Source: an uncultured Candidatus Entotheonella sp.
Lineage (GTDB): Bacteria > Tectomicrobia > Entotheonellia > Entotheonellales > Entotheonellaceae
Direction: 5' to 3'
Length of the DNA stretch: 64,000 nucleotides
Assembly: GCA_965215335.1 (NCBI GenBank)
Contig: CBDCDA010000001.1
Location: forward strand, 1,920,001 to 1,984,000
Within the stretch, counting starts at the first letter, position 1. The number at the start of each line of letters is the position of its first letter. Shown in pieces: positions 41,369-50,916 of the stretch. Both the position numbers and the translations under genes were made by a program. The notes beneath the pieces are model-generated. The model did no database searches. It saw only the letters and a list, made by a program, of their open reading frames with translations, and was not told the origin of the DNA.

Positions 41369-42629
41369 GTCGGCATGTCGTCCTGACCGGGAAGGGATGC
41401 TGAGCCCCTATCGCGTTCTGGACCTGACCGACGAGCGCGGCATCCTGTGCGGCAAAATCCTTGCGGACCTGGGCGCCGACGTGCTCCAGATCGAGCCCCC
41501 GGGCGGCAGTTCAGCGCGGCGCATCGGTCCTTTCTATCAAGACGAGCCGGAGCCGGACAGCAGCCTCTTCTGGTGGTCCTACGCCGCCAACAAACGCAGC
41601 ATCACCCTCGATCTCCATACCGCCGACGGGCAGGCCCTGCTGAAACGTCTACTGCCGACCGCCGACTTTCTGGTGGAATCGGGGCCGCCCGGCGAACTGG
41701 CGTCTCTGGAACTCGGCTACGCCGAGCTCGCCGAGATCAATCCCTCGCTGATCGTCGTCTCCATCACGCCGTTCGGGCAGTCGGGTCCCTACGCCGGCTA
41801 TCAGGCGCCCGATCTGGTCGGCATCGGCATGGCCGGATTGATGTACGTTACCGGGGATGCGGACCGCCCGCCGGTGCGCGTCGGCTTTCCGCATTTCTAC
41901 CTGCACGGGGCCGCCGCCGGGGCGACCGGCGCGATGCTGGCGCACGCCCATCGCACGCTCACCGGTGCCGGTCAATACGTTGACGTATCGTGCCAGGAAG
42001 CCGTTGCGCGCGCGCTGGCCAACGCGCCGCAGAGCTACGTGCTGGACGGGGGGATCATCAAGCGCCAGGGATCGTATCGGCAGACGGGTTCCACCACCTA
42101 CATGCGCATCACGTGGCCGTGCCGCGACGGCTTCGTGAACTTTCAGTTCTCGGGCGGCGCCGGCGCCGGCGCCAGCGTCAACAACTTCGTGCGATGGATG
42201 GCCGAGGAGGGCATGGGCGACGCGTACCTGGAGAGCCTGGATTTCACCCGGCTGGGCTATGGCACCATCACCCTCGAGATGCTGGAGCGCATCGTGCCGG
42301 TGGTCGAGCGTTTCATGCGCAGCCAAACCAAACAGGAACTGTTCGACGGGGCGGTGGCGCGGCGTATCCTGCTGTTTCCGGTGGCCACGCCGCGGGACAT
42401 TTGCGGCAACCCCCAACTGGCAGCGCGCGATTACTTCCAGCAGGTGCCGCATGCCGCGTTTGATACGCCGCTGATCCTGCCGGGCCCGTTTGCCAGCGCC
42501 AGCGCATGTCCCTTGGGATTCCGTTACCCGCCGCCGATGCTCGGCGAGCACAACCGGGCCGTTTACGTTGACGAACTCGGCTTGCAGCCTCAGGAGCTGG
42601 TGCGGCTGCGGGAAATCAACGCCGTGTAA
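41358..42629 (+). CDS. CoA-transferase family III (CaiB/BaiF), BbsE-like subunit
   Basis: [33 protein letters not shown]; catalytic Asp not evident. Confidence 0.88.
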   Translation: MTSESACRPDREGMLSPYRVLDLTDERGILCGKILADLGADVLQIEPPGGSSARRIGPFYQDEPEPDSSLFWWSYAANKRSITLDLHTADGQALLKRLLPTADFLVESGPPGELASLELGYAELAEINPSLIVVSITPFGQSGPYAGYQAPDLVGIGMAGLMYVTGDADRPPVRVGFPHFYLHGAAAGATGAMLAHAHRTLTGAGQYVDVSCQEAVARALANAPQSYVLDGGIIKRQGSYRQTGSTTYMRITWPCRDGFVNFQFSGGAGAGASVNNFVRWMAEEGMGDAYLESLDFTRLGYGTITLEMLERIVPVVERFMRSQTKQELFDGAVARRILLFPVATPRDICGNPQLAARDYFQQVPHAAFDTPLILPGPFASASACPLGFRYPPPMLGEHNRAVYVDELGLQPQELVRLREINAV

Positions 42630-42640
42630 CGGAGGTCTGC

Positions 42641-43873
42641 ATGCGACCCTTGGAGGGCCTCAAGGTTCTGGATTTCTGCTGGGTGGCCGTGGGTCCCATG
42701 ACCACGAGCTACCTGGCCGAATACGGCGCCACGGTGGTGCGCGTCGAGTCCAGGCGGCGCCCCGAGGTGCTGCGCAGCGCCCCGCCCTTTGGCGGCGGCG
42801 TGCGCGGACCGAACCGCAGCGCCTACTACGCCAATTACAACGCCAACAAGTTCGGCTTCGGCCTCAACATGGCACATCCCCAAGGGGTCGAGATCGTCAA
42901 GCGGTTCGTTGCCTGGGCCGACCTGGTGACCGAGAACTTCACCCCCGGAACGTTGGAGAAATGGGGTCTCGGCTATGACGACCTGCGCGCCATCAAGCCC
43001 GACGTCATCCTGTTCAGCACCTCCATGCTGGGCCGAGGCGGCCCGCACTCGCGGCAACCGGGTTTCGGTCCGGTGCTGTCCTCGCTCAGCGGCATGACCG
43101 GCCTGACCGGCTGGCCGGACCGGGCGCCGACCAATCCGTACGGCGCTTACACGGATTTCATCGTCCCCCGCTTCGCCATTCCCACCATCATCGCGGCCCT
43201 GGATTACCGACGCCGCACCGGGCGCGGCCAGCACATCGACATTTCGCAGCTCGAAGCCTCCCTGCACTTCCTTGCCCCGCCCGTCGTGGAATGGGCCATG
43301 ATGGGACGCGAGGCCGAACGCTGCGGCAACCGTCACCCCAGCGCCGCGCCGCACGGCGTCTACCCCTGTCGGGGCGACGACCGCTGGTGCACCATCGCCT
43401 GCCTCTCCGAGGCGCATTGGCAGACCCTGTGCAGGGTCATGGAGCACCCAGCGTGGAGCCAGGAAGCACGTTTCGTCACCCTGTTGGCCCGCAAGGCCCA
43501 TGAGGATGCGCTGGACGACCGGATTGCCAAATGGACCAGGGACTGGGACGCTCGCGACCTGATGCACGCCTTGCAGGCAGTCAGCGTGCCAGCGGGCGTC
43601 GTGCAGACCAACCGCGACGTTGTCGAAGACCCGCAACTGGCCCACCGCGGCCACTTCGTCTACCTGGACCACCCCGAAGTCGGCCACCATCCCGTGCAGC
43701 GCTCCGAGTTCCACCTGTCTGCCGCCGCCCCCGAGCACCGTTCCCCCGCCCCGCGCCTCGGCCAGCACACCGCTCAGGTCTGCCGGGACATTCTTGGCAT
43801 GTCCGACGCCGACATCGCCGCCCTGATGCAGGAAGGCGTTCTGGAGGACAGCTCGCCGCTGCCGGAGGCGTAA
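42641..43873 (+). CDS. CoA-transferase family III, BbsF-like catalytic subunit
   Basis: PLEGLKVLDF, ENFTPG, GAYTD (putative catalytic Asp), GRGQHIDISQ. Confidence 0.9.
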   Translation: MRPLEGLKVLDFCWVAVGPMTTSYLAEYGATVVRVESRRRPEVLRSAPPFGGGVRGPNRSAYYANYNANKFGFGLNMAHPQGVEIVKRFVAWADLVTENFTPGTLEKWGLGYDDLRAIKPDVILFSTSMLGRGGPHSRQPGFGPVLSSLSGMTGLTGWPDRAPTNPYGAYTDFIVPRFAIPTIIAALDYRRRTGRGQHIDISQLEASLHFLAPPVVEWAMMGREAERCGNRHPSAAPHGVYPCRGDDRWCTIACLSEAHWQTLCRVMEHPAWSQEARFVTLLARKAHEDALDDRIAKWTRDWDARDLMHALQAVSVPAGVVQTNRDVVEDPQLAHRGHFVYLDHPEVGHHPVQRSEFHLSAAAPEHRSPAPRLGQHTAQVCRDILGMSDADIAALMQEGVLEDSSPLPEA

Positions 43874-44007
43874 GCCGGTACGGCCTTGGTGCCGGCGACG
43901 CTCACCCCGATGGTATCCAGACAAAACGTCTTCACCGCCGGCGCCGGAAGGTCCTCGAACCGGGTCTCGATCACGTGCCGAATGAGGTGTTCAACGGCTT
44001 GTGTCAT
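43874..44007 (-). pseudogene. N-terminal remnant of an MmgE/PrpD-family gene
   Basis: RFEDLPAPAVKTFCLDTIGVSVAG resembles the PrpD N-terminus with a short deletion; truncated at the stop of the convergent gene. Confidence 0.65.
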
Positions 44008-44123
44008 GGTGTGCCCCGCTGTCGGACAATCAGGTTTTCAGAAGGGATTCGCGACGCATATACCGTTGCATGACTGACCGGGATGGCTGCCGAGCGATTG
44101 CCCGTTTTGCGAGTGTTCGTCGT

Positions 44124-45836
44124 TTATTCTGCGTGCAATACCTCAGCCCGTAGAAAGTCGAAATCGCAGCCTTTGTCCGCTTGCAGGACGTGTTGGGCAA
44201 ACAGCCAGCCGTAGCCGCGCCGATACGGCGCCGGTGGCCGTGCTGCCGCCGCCAGGCGGCGGGCGATCTCGTGCGGCTCGACCAGCAGGTCCAGGCGGCG
44301 TTCGGGCACGTTGAGCTCGATCACGTCGCCACTGCGCACCGCGGCCAGCGGCCCGCCGGCCGCTGATTCCGGTGTCGCGTGTACCACCACGGTGCCGAAG
44401 GCGGTGCCGCTCATGCGCGCGTCGCTGATGCGCACCATGTCCCGCACGCCCTGCTGCAACAGCTTTTTCGGCAGCGGCAGGAACCCCCACTCCGGCATCC
44501 CCGGCCCGCCGAGCGGTCCGGCGTTGCGCATCACCAGCACGTCGTCCGGCCGCACGTCCAGGTCGGGGTCGTCGATGCGCCGGTCCATGTCGTCGTGAGT
44601 CTCGAACACCACCGCCCGCCCGCGATGGCGCAGCAGTTCGGGCGAGGCCGCCGTCGGCTTGATGATGGCGCCGGCGGGCGCCAGCGATCCGTTCAGCACC
44701 GCCAGCCCGCCTTCGGCGTCCAGTGGCTCGTCCAGGCTGCGGATCAGCGTCGGGTTGTGCGACTGCGCCCCTGCGATGTTGGTGCCCAGGCTGTCGCCGG
44801 TGACGGTTTTCGCCTCCAGGTCGAGCAACGGCGCCAGGGCGTTGAGCAAGGCGGGCACCCCGCCGGCGTAGTAGAAATCCTCCATCAGAAACTCGCCGGA
44901 CGGCTTGAGGTCGAGGATGAACGGCGTGGTGCGCGCCAACTCGTCGAAGCGGCTCAGCGGCAGGTCGATGCCCACGCGGCCGGCGATGGCCGCCAGGTGC
45001 ACGATGGCGTTCGTCGAGCCGCCGACGGCGTGCAGGGTGCGGATGGCGTTGTCGAAGGCCGACGGCGTCAGAATGTCGGAGGGCCGCAGCCTCTGCGCCA
45101 CCAGCCGCACGATCTGGCGCCCCGCCGCCTCGGACAATTGCTGGCGGCGCGAATCGACCGCCGGAATGGCGGCATTGCCCGGCAGCGCCATGCCCAGCGC
45201 CTCGCTGATCGCCGCCATGGTCGAGGCGGTGCCCATCACCATGCAGTGCCCTGGGCTGCGCACGATGCAGCTTTGCAGCTCGGCCCAGTCCGCTTCGGTA
45301 ATCCGCTCGGCGCGCAGCTCCTGGTGATAGCGCCGGCAGTCGGTGCACGAGCCCAGTTCCTCGCCGCGCCAGTTGCCCTTGAGCTGCGGGCCACCGGTGA
45401 CCAGGATGGCCGGCACGTTGGCGCTCGCCGCCCCCATCAGCAGCGCAGGCGTCGTCTTGTCGCAGCCGCCCAGCAGCACCACGCCGTCGAGCGGGTTGGC
45501 GGTGATGGATTCCTCGACGTCCATGCTCATCAGGTTGCGGTACAGCATGGTGGTGGGCCGCATGTTGTACTCGCCCAGCGACATCACCGGAAACTCCAGC
45601 GGGAAGCCACCGGCCTGCCAGACGCCGCGCTTCACCGCCTCGGCCAACTGCCGCAGGTGGGCGTTGCAGTGCGTCAACTCGCTCCACGAGTTGCAAATGC
45701 CGATGATGGGGCGCCCTTCGTATGCCGGCGGCCCGAAGCCCTCGGCGCGGAACGCCGCCTGCCGCAGCCAGCCGTACAGTTCCGGGGTATCGAACCACGC
45801 GCGGCTACGGTACGGTTTTGCACGAATCGCCATCAT
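44124..45836 (-). CDS. IlvD/Edd-family dihydroxy-acid dehydratase (sugar-acid dehydratase-like)
   Basis: CNSWSELTHCN, GCDKTTP, HCMVMGTASTM, GGSTN, ISDARMSGT. Confidence 0.93.
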   Translation of the reverse strand: MMAIRAKPYRSRAWFDTPELYGWLRQAAFRAEGFGPPAYEGRPIIGICNSWSELTHCNAHLRQLAEAVKRGVWQAGGFPLEFPVMSLGEYNMRPTTMLYRNLMSMDVEESITANPLDGVVLLGGCDKTTPALLMGAASANVPAILVTGGPQLKGNWRGEELGSCTDCRRYHQELRAERITEADWAELQSCIVRSPGHCMVMGTASTMAAISEALGMALPGNAAIPAVDSRRQQLSEAAGRQIVRLVAQRLRPSDILTPSAFDNAIRTLHAVGGSTNAIVHLAAIAGRVGIDLPLSRFDELARTTPFILDLKPSGEFLMEDFYYAGGVPALLNALAPLLDLEAKTVTGDSLGTNIAGAQSHNPTLIRSLDEPLDAEGGLAVLNGSLAPAGAIIKPTAASPELLRHRGRAVVFETHDDMDRRIDDPDLDVRPDDVLVMRNAGPLGGPGMPEWGFLPLPKKLLQQGVRDMVRISDARMSGTAFGTVVVHATPESAAGGPLAAVRSGDVIELNVPERRLDLLVEPHEIARRLAAAARPPAPYRRGYGWLFAQHVLQADKGCDFDFLRAEVLHAE

Positions 45837-45910
45837 TTCGACTCCAATAAAAAATGCCAGGCGCGTCAATGCGCCTGGCATCAGTTGTCCGCAGGACGGC
45901 GTGCCCTCGG

Positions 45911-46183
45911 CTACACGCCGCCGCCCAAAGCCGGCAGAAAATGCACCTCGCTGTTTTCACCGACGCGCTCCAGCAAACCGAGCTGGCTCGTCTCGCCATC
46001 GACGATGACGGCAATGCCGGGCATCAGGATGTCCTCTTCGGCGTCGTACAACTCGGCCTTGAGGCCCGGATACGCCTGCTCCAGGCTCTCCACCAGTTGC
46101 CGCACGTTGCGCCCCGACGCCGTTACCCGCTGCGCCCCGCCGGCCAGGCGCTGCATTCGGGGAGGAAGCCACACTTCCGGCAC
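45911..46183 (-). CDS. MoaD/ThiS-like ubiquitin-fold protein
   Basis: 90 aa; VIVDG; C-terminal FLPALGGGV. Confidence 0.85.
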   Translation of the reverse strand: MPEVWLPPRMQRLAGGAQRVTASGRNVRQLVESLEQAYPGLKAELYDAEEDILMPGIAVIVDGETSQLGLLERVGENSEVHFLPALGGGV

Positions 46184-46189
46184 GCCGCG

Positions 46190-48520
46190 CTACCCTCCGT
46201 TGCGGGCTTGCTGGTCCCACAACGTCTCCAGGATGCGGCCCGGCGACATGGGGAGTTGATTGATACGCACGCCGATGGCGTGGTAGATGGCATTGGCGAC
46301 CGCCGCCAGCGGCGGGATGATCGGCGTCTCGCCAACGCCGCGCACGCCATAGGGATGGGTCGGGTTGGCCACCTCGACGATCACCGTGTCGATCATCGGC
46401 AGGTCCAGACTGGTCGGCATGCGGTAGTCCAGGAAGCTGGCATTCACCATGTGCCCTTTGTCGTCGAAGAAATACTCCTCGTTCAGGGCCCAGCCGATGC
46501 CCTGTACCACGCCGCCCTGAATCTGCCCCTCCACGTAGCCAGGGTGAATCGCCTTGCCGGCGTCCTGCACGGCGGTGTAGCGCAGGATGGCCACCTTGCC
46601 GGTTTCCGGGTCCACCTCGACGTCCACGACATGGGTGCCCAGGGACGGGCCGGCGCCGCCAGGGTTGACGCCCGCGCTGGCCGTGATCGGGCCGCCGGTG
46701 GGATTCTGGCGCGCCGCCAACTGCTTGAAGGTGAGACGCTGATCGGGGTCCTTGGCGTGCCGCAGGACGCCGTTCTCGTATTCCACCTCGCCTGCCTCGC
46801 AGTCCCAGATGCGGGCGGCGCGCTCGATCATCTTGCGCTTGATTTCCTGCGCCACCTCGTAAGCCGCCCAGCCCGTCTTGAAGGTCACCCCGCTGCCGCC
46901 GGTGACGGAGGTGAAACCGACCGAATCCGTATCGCCGACGGACGGGTTGACGTCCGTGACGGGAATGCCCAGCACCTCGGCAAACTGTTGCGACACCGAG
47001 GTGCGCGTGCCGCCGATGTCGGGCGAGCCCTCGATCAGCTTCACGGTGCCGTCGTTGTGCACCAGCGCCGTGGCGCTGGACGGCCCGGTGTTGTTGCGCC
47101 AGAAGCCGCTGGCCACGCCCCGGCCGCGATAGGGGCCTGCGAGCGGCGTGGCGTAGTGCGGGTGATCCTTGGCCGCCTGCACGGTTTCGGCAAATCCGAC
47201 GCGCGGCCATACCGGCCCGGTCGGCGCCCGCGTGCCCTCCTTGGCGCTGTTGCGCAGGCGAAACGCCAACGGGTCCACGCCGAGTTTTTCGCACAGCAGG
47301 TCAATCGCGGTTTCCATGGCAAACGCCGCGGCCGGCACGCCGGGCGCCCGGTAGGCCGCCGACTTGGGCTTGTTCACCACCACGTCGAAGCCCTCGATCC
47401 AGGCGTTCGGAATATCGTAAGGGGACATCATGCACTGGCAGGCCGGTGACACCGGCGACCCCGGAAAGGCGCCCGCTTCGTAGGTCAGGTGGGCTTCGGC
47501 GGCGACGAACCGGCCGTCCCTGGTGGCGCCCAGCTTCACCCGAATCTGCGTGCCGGAGGTCGGGCCGGTGCCCTCGAAAACCTCGGTGCGCGACATGATG
47601 ACCTTCACCGGATGCCCCGCCTTGCGGGCCAGCGCCGCGGCCACCGGCTCCAGATACACCAGCGTCTTGGCGCCGAAACCGCCGCCGATCTCCATCGGGA
47701 TGGCCTTGACCTTCGACACCGGCACGTCCATCAGGCGCGCCGTCTGGTCGCGCACGTTGAAGTGCCCCTGGCTGCTGGACCACAACGTCAGGGTGCCGTC
47801 GCTGTTCCACTGCGCGGTAGCGGCGTGCGGCTCGATGTAGCCTTGGTGGATGGCCGCCGTCGCCGTTTCGTGCTCGATCATCACGTCGGCCTCGAGAAAG
47901 CCTTGCTCCACGTCGCCGAGACGGAACTCGAAGCGGTTGGCCAGGTTCGAGCCGTCGGTGGGGTCGTCGTCGTCCAGGGTGCCGCCGGGGCGCAGGTTCG
48001 GATTGGACATGGTGGCGAGGCGCTCGTGCAGCAGCGGCGCGCCAGGCTTCAGCGCCGCCTCGGCGCTGAGCACCGCCGGCAGTTCTTCGTATTCGACCTC
48101 GATGAGGGCCATCGCCTGCTCGGCAATGTGCGGGCTGGTAGCGGCCACCGCGGCGATGGCGTGCCCTTTGTACAGCGCCTTGTCGGCGGCCAGGATGTTA
48201 TTGCTCAGAAACCGCATGTTGTGCAGCACGCCCTCGGCAAGGTCGACCACCCGGCTGGAGGGTTGCGCCAGATCGCCGGAGGTAACCACCGCGTGTACGC
48301 CCGGCAATTCCTCGGCGTGCCGGGTGTCGATCGACCTGATGCGTGCGTGGCTGTGCGGGCTGCGCAGCACCTTGCCGTACAGCATGCCCGGCAGCCGGAT
48401 GTCGGCCCCGTAGCGCGCCTGGCCGGTGACCTTCTCGGCCCCGTCGTGGCGGATGGGCCGCTTGCCCACCTCGTTGTATTCCGCATTGGACAAGACCATG
48501 TTGTGTTCGTAATCGAGCAT
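46190..48520 (-). CDS. Xanthine dehydrogenase-family molybdopterin-binding subunit
   Basis: KVTGQARYGAD, LRSPHSHARI, GGGFGAK, AYRAPG, EGQIQGG, GVRGVGE. Confidence 0.95.
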   Translation of the reverse strand: MLDYEHNMVLSNAEYNEVGKRPIRHDGAEKVTGQARYGADIRLPGMLYGKVLRSPHSHARIRSIDTRHAEELPGVHAVVTSGDLAQPSSRVVDLAEGVLHNMRFLSNNILAADKALYKGHAIAAVAATSPHIAEQAMALIEVEYEELPAVLSAEAALKPGAPLLHERLATMSNPNLRPGGTLDDDDPTDGSNLANRFEFRLGDVEQGFLEADVMIEHETATAAIHQGYIEPHAATAQWNSDGTLTLWSSSQGHFNVRDQTARLMDVPVSKVKAIPMEIGGGFGAKTLVYLEPVAAALARKAGHPVKVIMSRTEVFEGTGPTSGTQIRVKLGATRDGRFVAAEAHLTYEAGAFPGSPVSPACQCMMSPYDIPNAWIEGFDVVVNKPKSAAYRAPGVPAAAFAMETAIDLLCEKLGVDPLAFRLRNSAKEGTRAPTGPVWPRVGFAETVQAAKDHPHYATPLAGPYRGRGVASGFWRNNTGPSSATALVHNDGTVKLIEGSPDIGGTRTSVSQQFAEVLGIPVTDVNPSVGDTDSVGFTSVTGGSGVTFKTGWAAYEVAQEIKRKMIERAARIWDCEAGEVEYENGVLRHAKDPDQRLTFKQLAARQNPTGGPITASAGVNPGGAGPSLGTHVVDVEVDPETGKVAILRYTAVQDAGKAIHPGYVEGQIQGGVVQGIGWALNEEYFFDDKGHMVNASFLDYRMPTSLDLPMIDTVIVEVANPTHPYGVRGVGETPIIPPLAAVANAIYHAIGVRINQLPMSPGRILETLWDQQARNGG

Positions 48521-48583
48521 GGGGAGCCTCCGATCAGTGGGTAAAGGGTGGGTCGGTGACGGTCTCGGCGTGGCGTTGCGGGT

Positions 48584-48611
48584 AGTATAGTGCTCCCGTT
48601 CCCCCTGTCAA
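48584..48611 (-). promoter_or_regulatory. Sigma70-like promoter for the molybdoenzyme gene
   Basis: TTGACA-N16-TATACT on the minus strand; the -35 overlaps the upstream stop codon. Confidence 0.6.
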
Positions 48612-49024
48612 TTCGCCTGTTCGCCCTCCGGCGGCCTGCCTTGCTGCCGCAATTCAAAACCCCGCATGATGACGTAGGCGATGAGGGCAAAGATGAAGAA
48701 CACCAGCAGAATCCAGGCGACGCTCTGCAGCGTGCCGATGAGCGCGCGATAGACTTCCAGTATCCAGCGGTCGGCGTTCAGCACGATGGGCTCGCCGCCG
48801 TCCGTGCGCGCCGTGATGTACTTCTCCAGACTCCAGATGCGCACGCCACCGGACACCCCGACCACCACCACCGCAAAGCCGAGGTACCGGTGCCACGCCG
48901 CACTCAGTTCGGCCGACACCACGCGGTCCAGGATTTTTCGGATGAGCCTGTCGAACAGCCGGATTACCAGCAGGCTGGTAGCCAGCGCGATGAGCAGGGT
49001 GACAATGAGAAGAGTGATGAACAC
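48608..49024 (-). CDS. Hypothetical membrane protein (about 3 TM)
   Basis: Three hydrophobic segments in 138 aa. Confidence 0.75.
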   Translation of the reverse strand: MFITLLIVTLLIALATSLLVIRLFDRLIRKILDRVVSAELSAAWHRYLGFAVVVVGVSGGVRIWSLEKYITARTDGGEPIVLNADRWILEVYRALIGTLQSVAWILLVFFIFALIAYVIMRGFELRQQGRPPEGEQAN

Positions 49025-49128
49025 GTCGTTTTCTTTATTCTTTGAGAATCCTGCTTTGAGAATCCTGCCGTTCGTTCATAACGTATGGGGCCGATTCGAT
49101 ATTATCCAGTCTGCGGTCTCTGGACAAC

Positions 49129-49929
49129 TCAAGACAGGCTGGCAACGATCTTCACGTACTCCCGCACCCGTTCCACGTCGATATCGCTGTCCCAGGCGCC
49201 GGATTTGAGGCAGGAGCCGACGAAGGCGCCATCGGCCTCGGCGAGACGGCGGGCCGCGTTTTCGTGGTTGGTATGGCCGCCGAGGATGACGGGCAAGAGG
49301 GGATGGGCGCGCTTGATGTCACGTACCAGACGGTTGCTGACGGCCTCGTCGGGGTGCGCCACCTCGACCGCATCGGCGCCCATGCGGGCGGCGATGCGGG
49401 CCACGTCGGCGGTGGGTTTGTCGCCCATCCAGTGGAAGTGCATGCTGTCCACCTCGGCGATCAGCTTCAGCCGGTTGCCACCGATGCGGGCGCGGTAGGT
49501 GAGAAAATCGAGAGGGTTGGCCTCGACAATGCCCGACGGCGTCATGGTGGCGCCGACGAGTGCGGTACAGCGCAGGAACGAGCCGCCGCACACGGTGGCC
49601 ACCGCGGTCGAAGCTTTGAGCGCATTGACCATGATCTGCACGCCGATCTGGAAACCCGGTGGCGTGGCTTCGGCGACCGCTTGGGTAATGGCCGCCACGG
49701 CTGCGACGCGGGCGTAATCCGCCTCGTCAGCGGTGGGGTAAACGCGGTCCACCGTCTGGATGAGGCAGCCGTCGGCGCCGCCTTGCGACAAGGCGGCGGC
49801 GTCGCGCACGGCCTTGCCCAGCGCCCGTTCGGCGTTGCCCGGCTGGTAAAACGGCGTGCCCGGCAGGGGCAGCAGGTGAATGAGACCGATCACGACTTTC
49901 CTGCAACCCAGGGCGTCGAAGCTGCGCAT
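49129..49929 (-). CDS. BtpA/SgcQ family protein
   Basis: IGLIHLLPLPGTP, GGADG, ADGAFVGS. Confidence 0.88.
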   Translation of the reverse strand: MRSFDALGCRKVVIGLIHLLPLPGTPFYQPGNAERALGKAVRDAAALSQGGADGCLIQTVDRVYPTADEADYARVAAVAAITQAVAEATPPGFQIGVQIMVNALKASTAVATVCGGSFLRCTALVGATMTPSGIVEANPLDFLTYRARIGGNRLKLIAEVDSMHFHWMGDKPTADVARIAARMGADAVEVAHPDEAVSNRLVRDIKRAHPLLPVILGGHTNHENAARRLAEADGAFVGSCLKSGAWDSDIDVERVREYVKIVASLS

Positions 49930-50393
49930 GGCAACCTTTCTATGGGGGTCATGGTCGAGCGGACAGAGGCATGCTCCGGGAACAGGGCACGGATTTCACG
50001 CTGGAAGCGGCGCAAGGACGGCCGGCAAGCGAAGTGAACCAAGTGCGACGCACACGTGCAATCCGAGGCCCCGAAGCCAGGAAGCGGCATGTCGACGCCC
50101 GGTAGCCGACGCATCACCCACGCCCACTGATGCTCCCGACGGACCGGATCGTGCGTATACCACACGCGCTCCAGCTCAGTATGCAGGCGCAAGTGGTCGA
50201 CGTGCCAGTGCGGCCGCGCCGCCCGCTCCCGGTGATGCGCCAGCCGCGCACGAACACCACCGGGACCGAAGGCGCTGCCGACGTAAACGTACGAACCGGG
50301 CCGCAACACCAAGTCACCCAGCCGTCCGATGCGCAGGCAGCGGGTTGCGGTTGAGACGAGGATCAGGGCATAGGTTCCCGGGCATGCCGTCAA
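49890..50393 (-). CDS. GIY-YIG nuclease family protein (DUF123-like)
   Basis: GTYAL, YVYVGSAFGPGG..RLAHH, HWHVDHL, GFGASDCTCASHL. Confidence 0.85.
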   Translation of the reverse strand: MTACPGTYALILVSTATRCLRIGRLGDLVLRPGSYVYVGSAFGPGGVRARLAHHRERAARPHWHVDHLRLHTELERVWYTHDPVRREHQWAWVMRRLPGVDMPLPGFGASDCTCASHLVHFACRPSLRRFQREIRALFPEHASVRSTMTPIERLPCAASTPWVAGKS

Positions 50394-50415
50394 CCCGCTG
50401 CTCCAGCTTCCCTGG

Positions 50416-50727
50416 CTATTCCGGATCGAACACCTCTTTGGCCACCCGCACCGCGTTGGCCGCAGTGGGCCATCCGGCGTAGAAGGCCATGTGCGTAATC
50501 ACGGCGCTGATCTCAGCCTTCGTCACGCCATTGTCCAGCGCCCGCCGGATGTGGCCCCGCAGCTGATCGGTGCGGTACAGCGCCGTCAGCGCCGCCACGG
50601 TAATCAGACTGCGGTCGCGTTTCGACAGATCGGGCTGCTCCCAAACGTCGCCGAACAGCACGTCCGCCGTCAGGTCCGCCAATTTCGGTGAGATTTCTCG
50701 CATCACGGCACGGGTTTCCGCCATCAT
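50416..50727 (-). CDS. Carboxymuconolactone decarboxylase family protein
   Basis: LFGDVW..LSKRDRSLITVAAL; FYAGWP. Confidence 0.9.
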   Translation of the reverse strand: MMAETRAVMREISPKLADLTADVLFGDVWEQPDLSKRDRSLITVAALTALYRTDQLRGHIRRALDNGVTKAEISAVITHMAFYAGWPTAANAVRVAKEVFDPE

Positions 50728-50916
50728 GCTTCCTTTATGCGATCAGGGTTTCAATCTTCACTGGCCCGTGAAGGCCGATACTTCGGGGCGCTTCAACGCC
50801 CTCCATAGACAGCACCCCCAAGCTCTTCTATGATGATCATATAGATGGTAGCCGTGGCGTGCCAAGAGAAATAAACCCGTCTCCTGACACAGCCCCAACC
50901 CGTAGGGGTCGAGACC

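Noticed and set aside
48521..48583. Moco riboswitch before the molybdoenzyme gene
   Set aside because: The leader is too short and has no matching motif; a plain promoter explains the region
49890..50393. GIY-YIG gene as a homing endonuclease or mobile element
   Set aside because: Short DUF123-like stand-alone type with no intron or insertion boundaries seen
50730..50916. Purine or ZTP riboswitch upstream of guaA-glyA
   Set aside because: I could not find the conserved aptamer motifs by eye; a cmsearch would be needed
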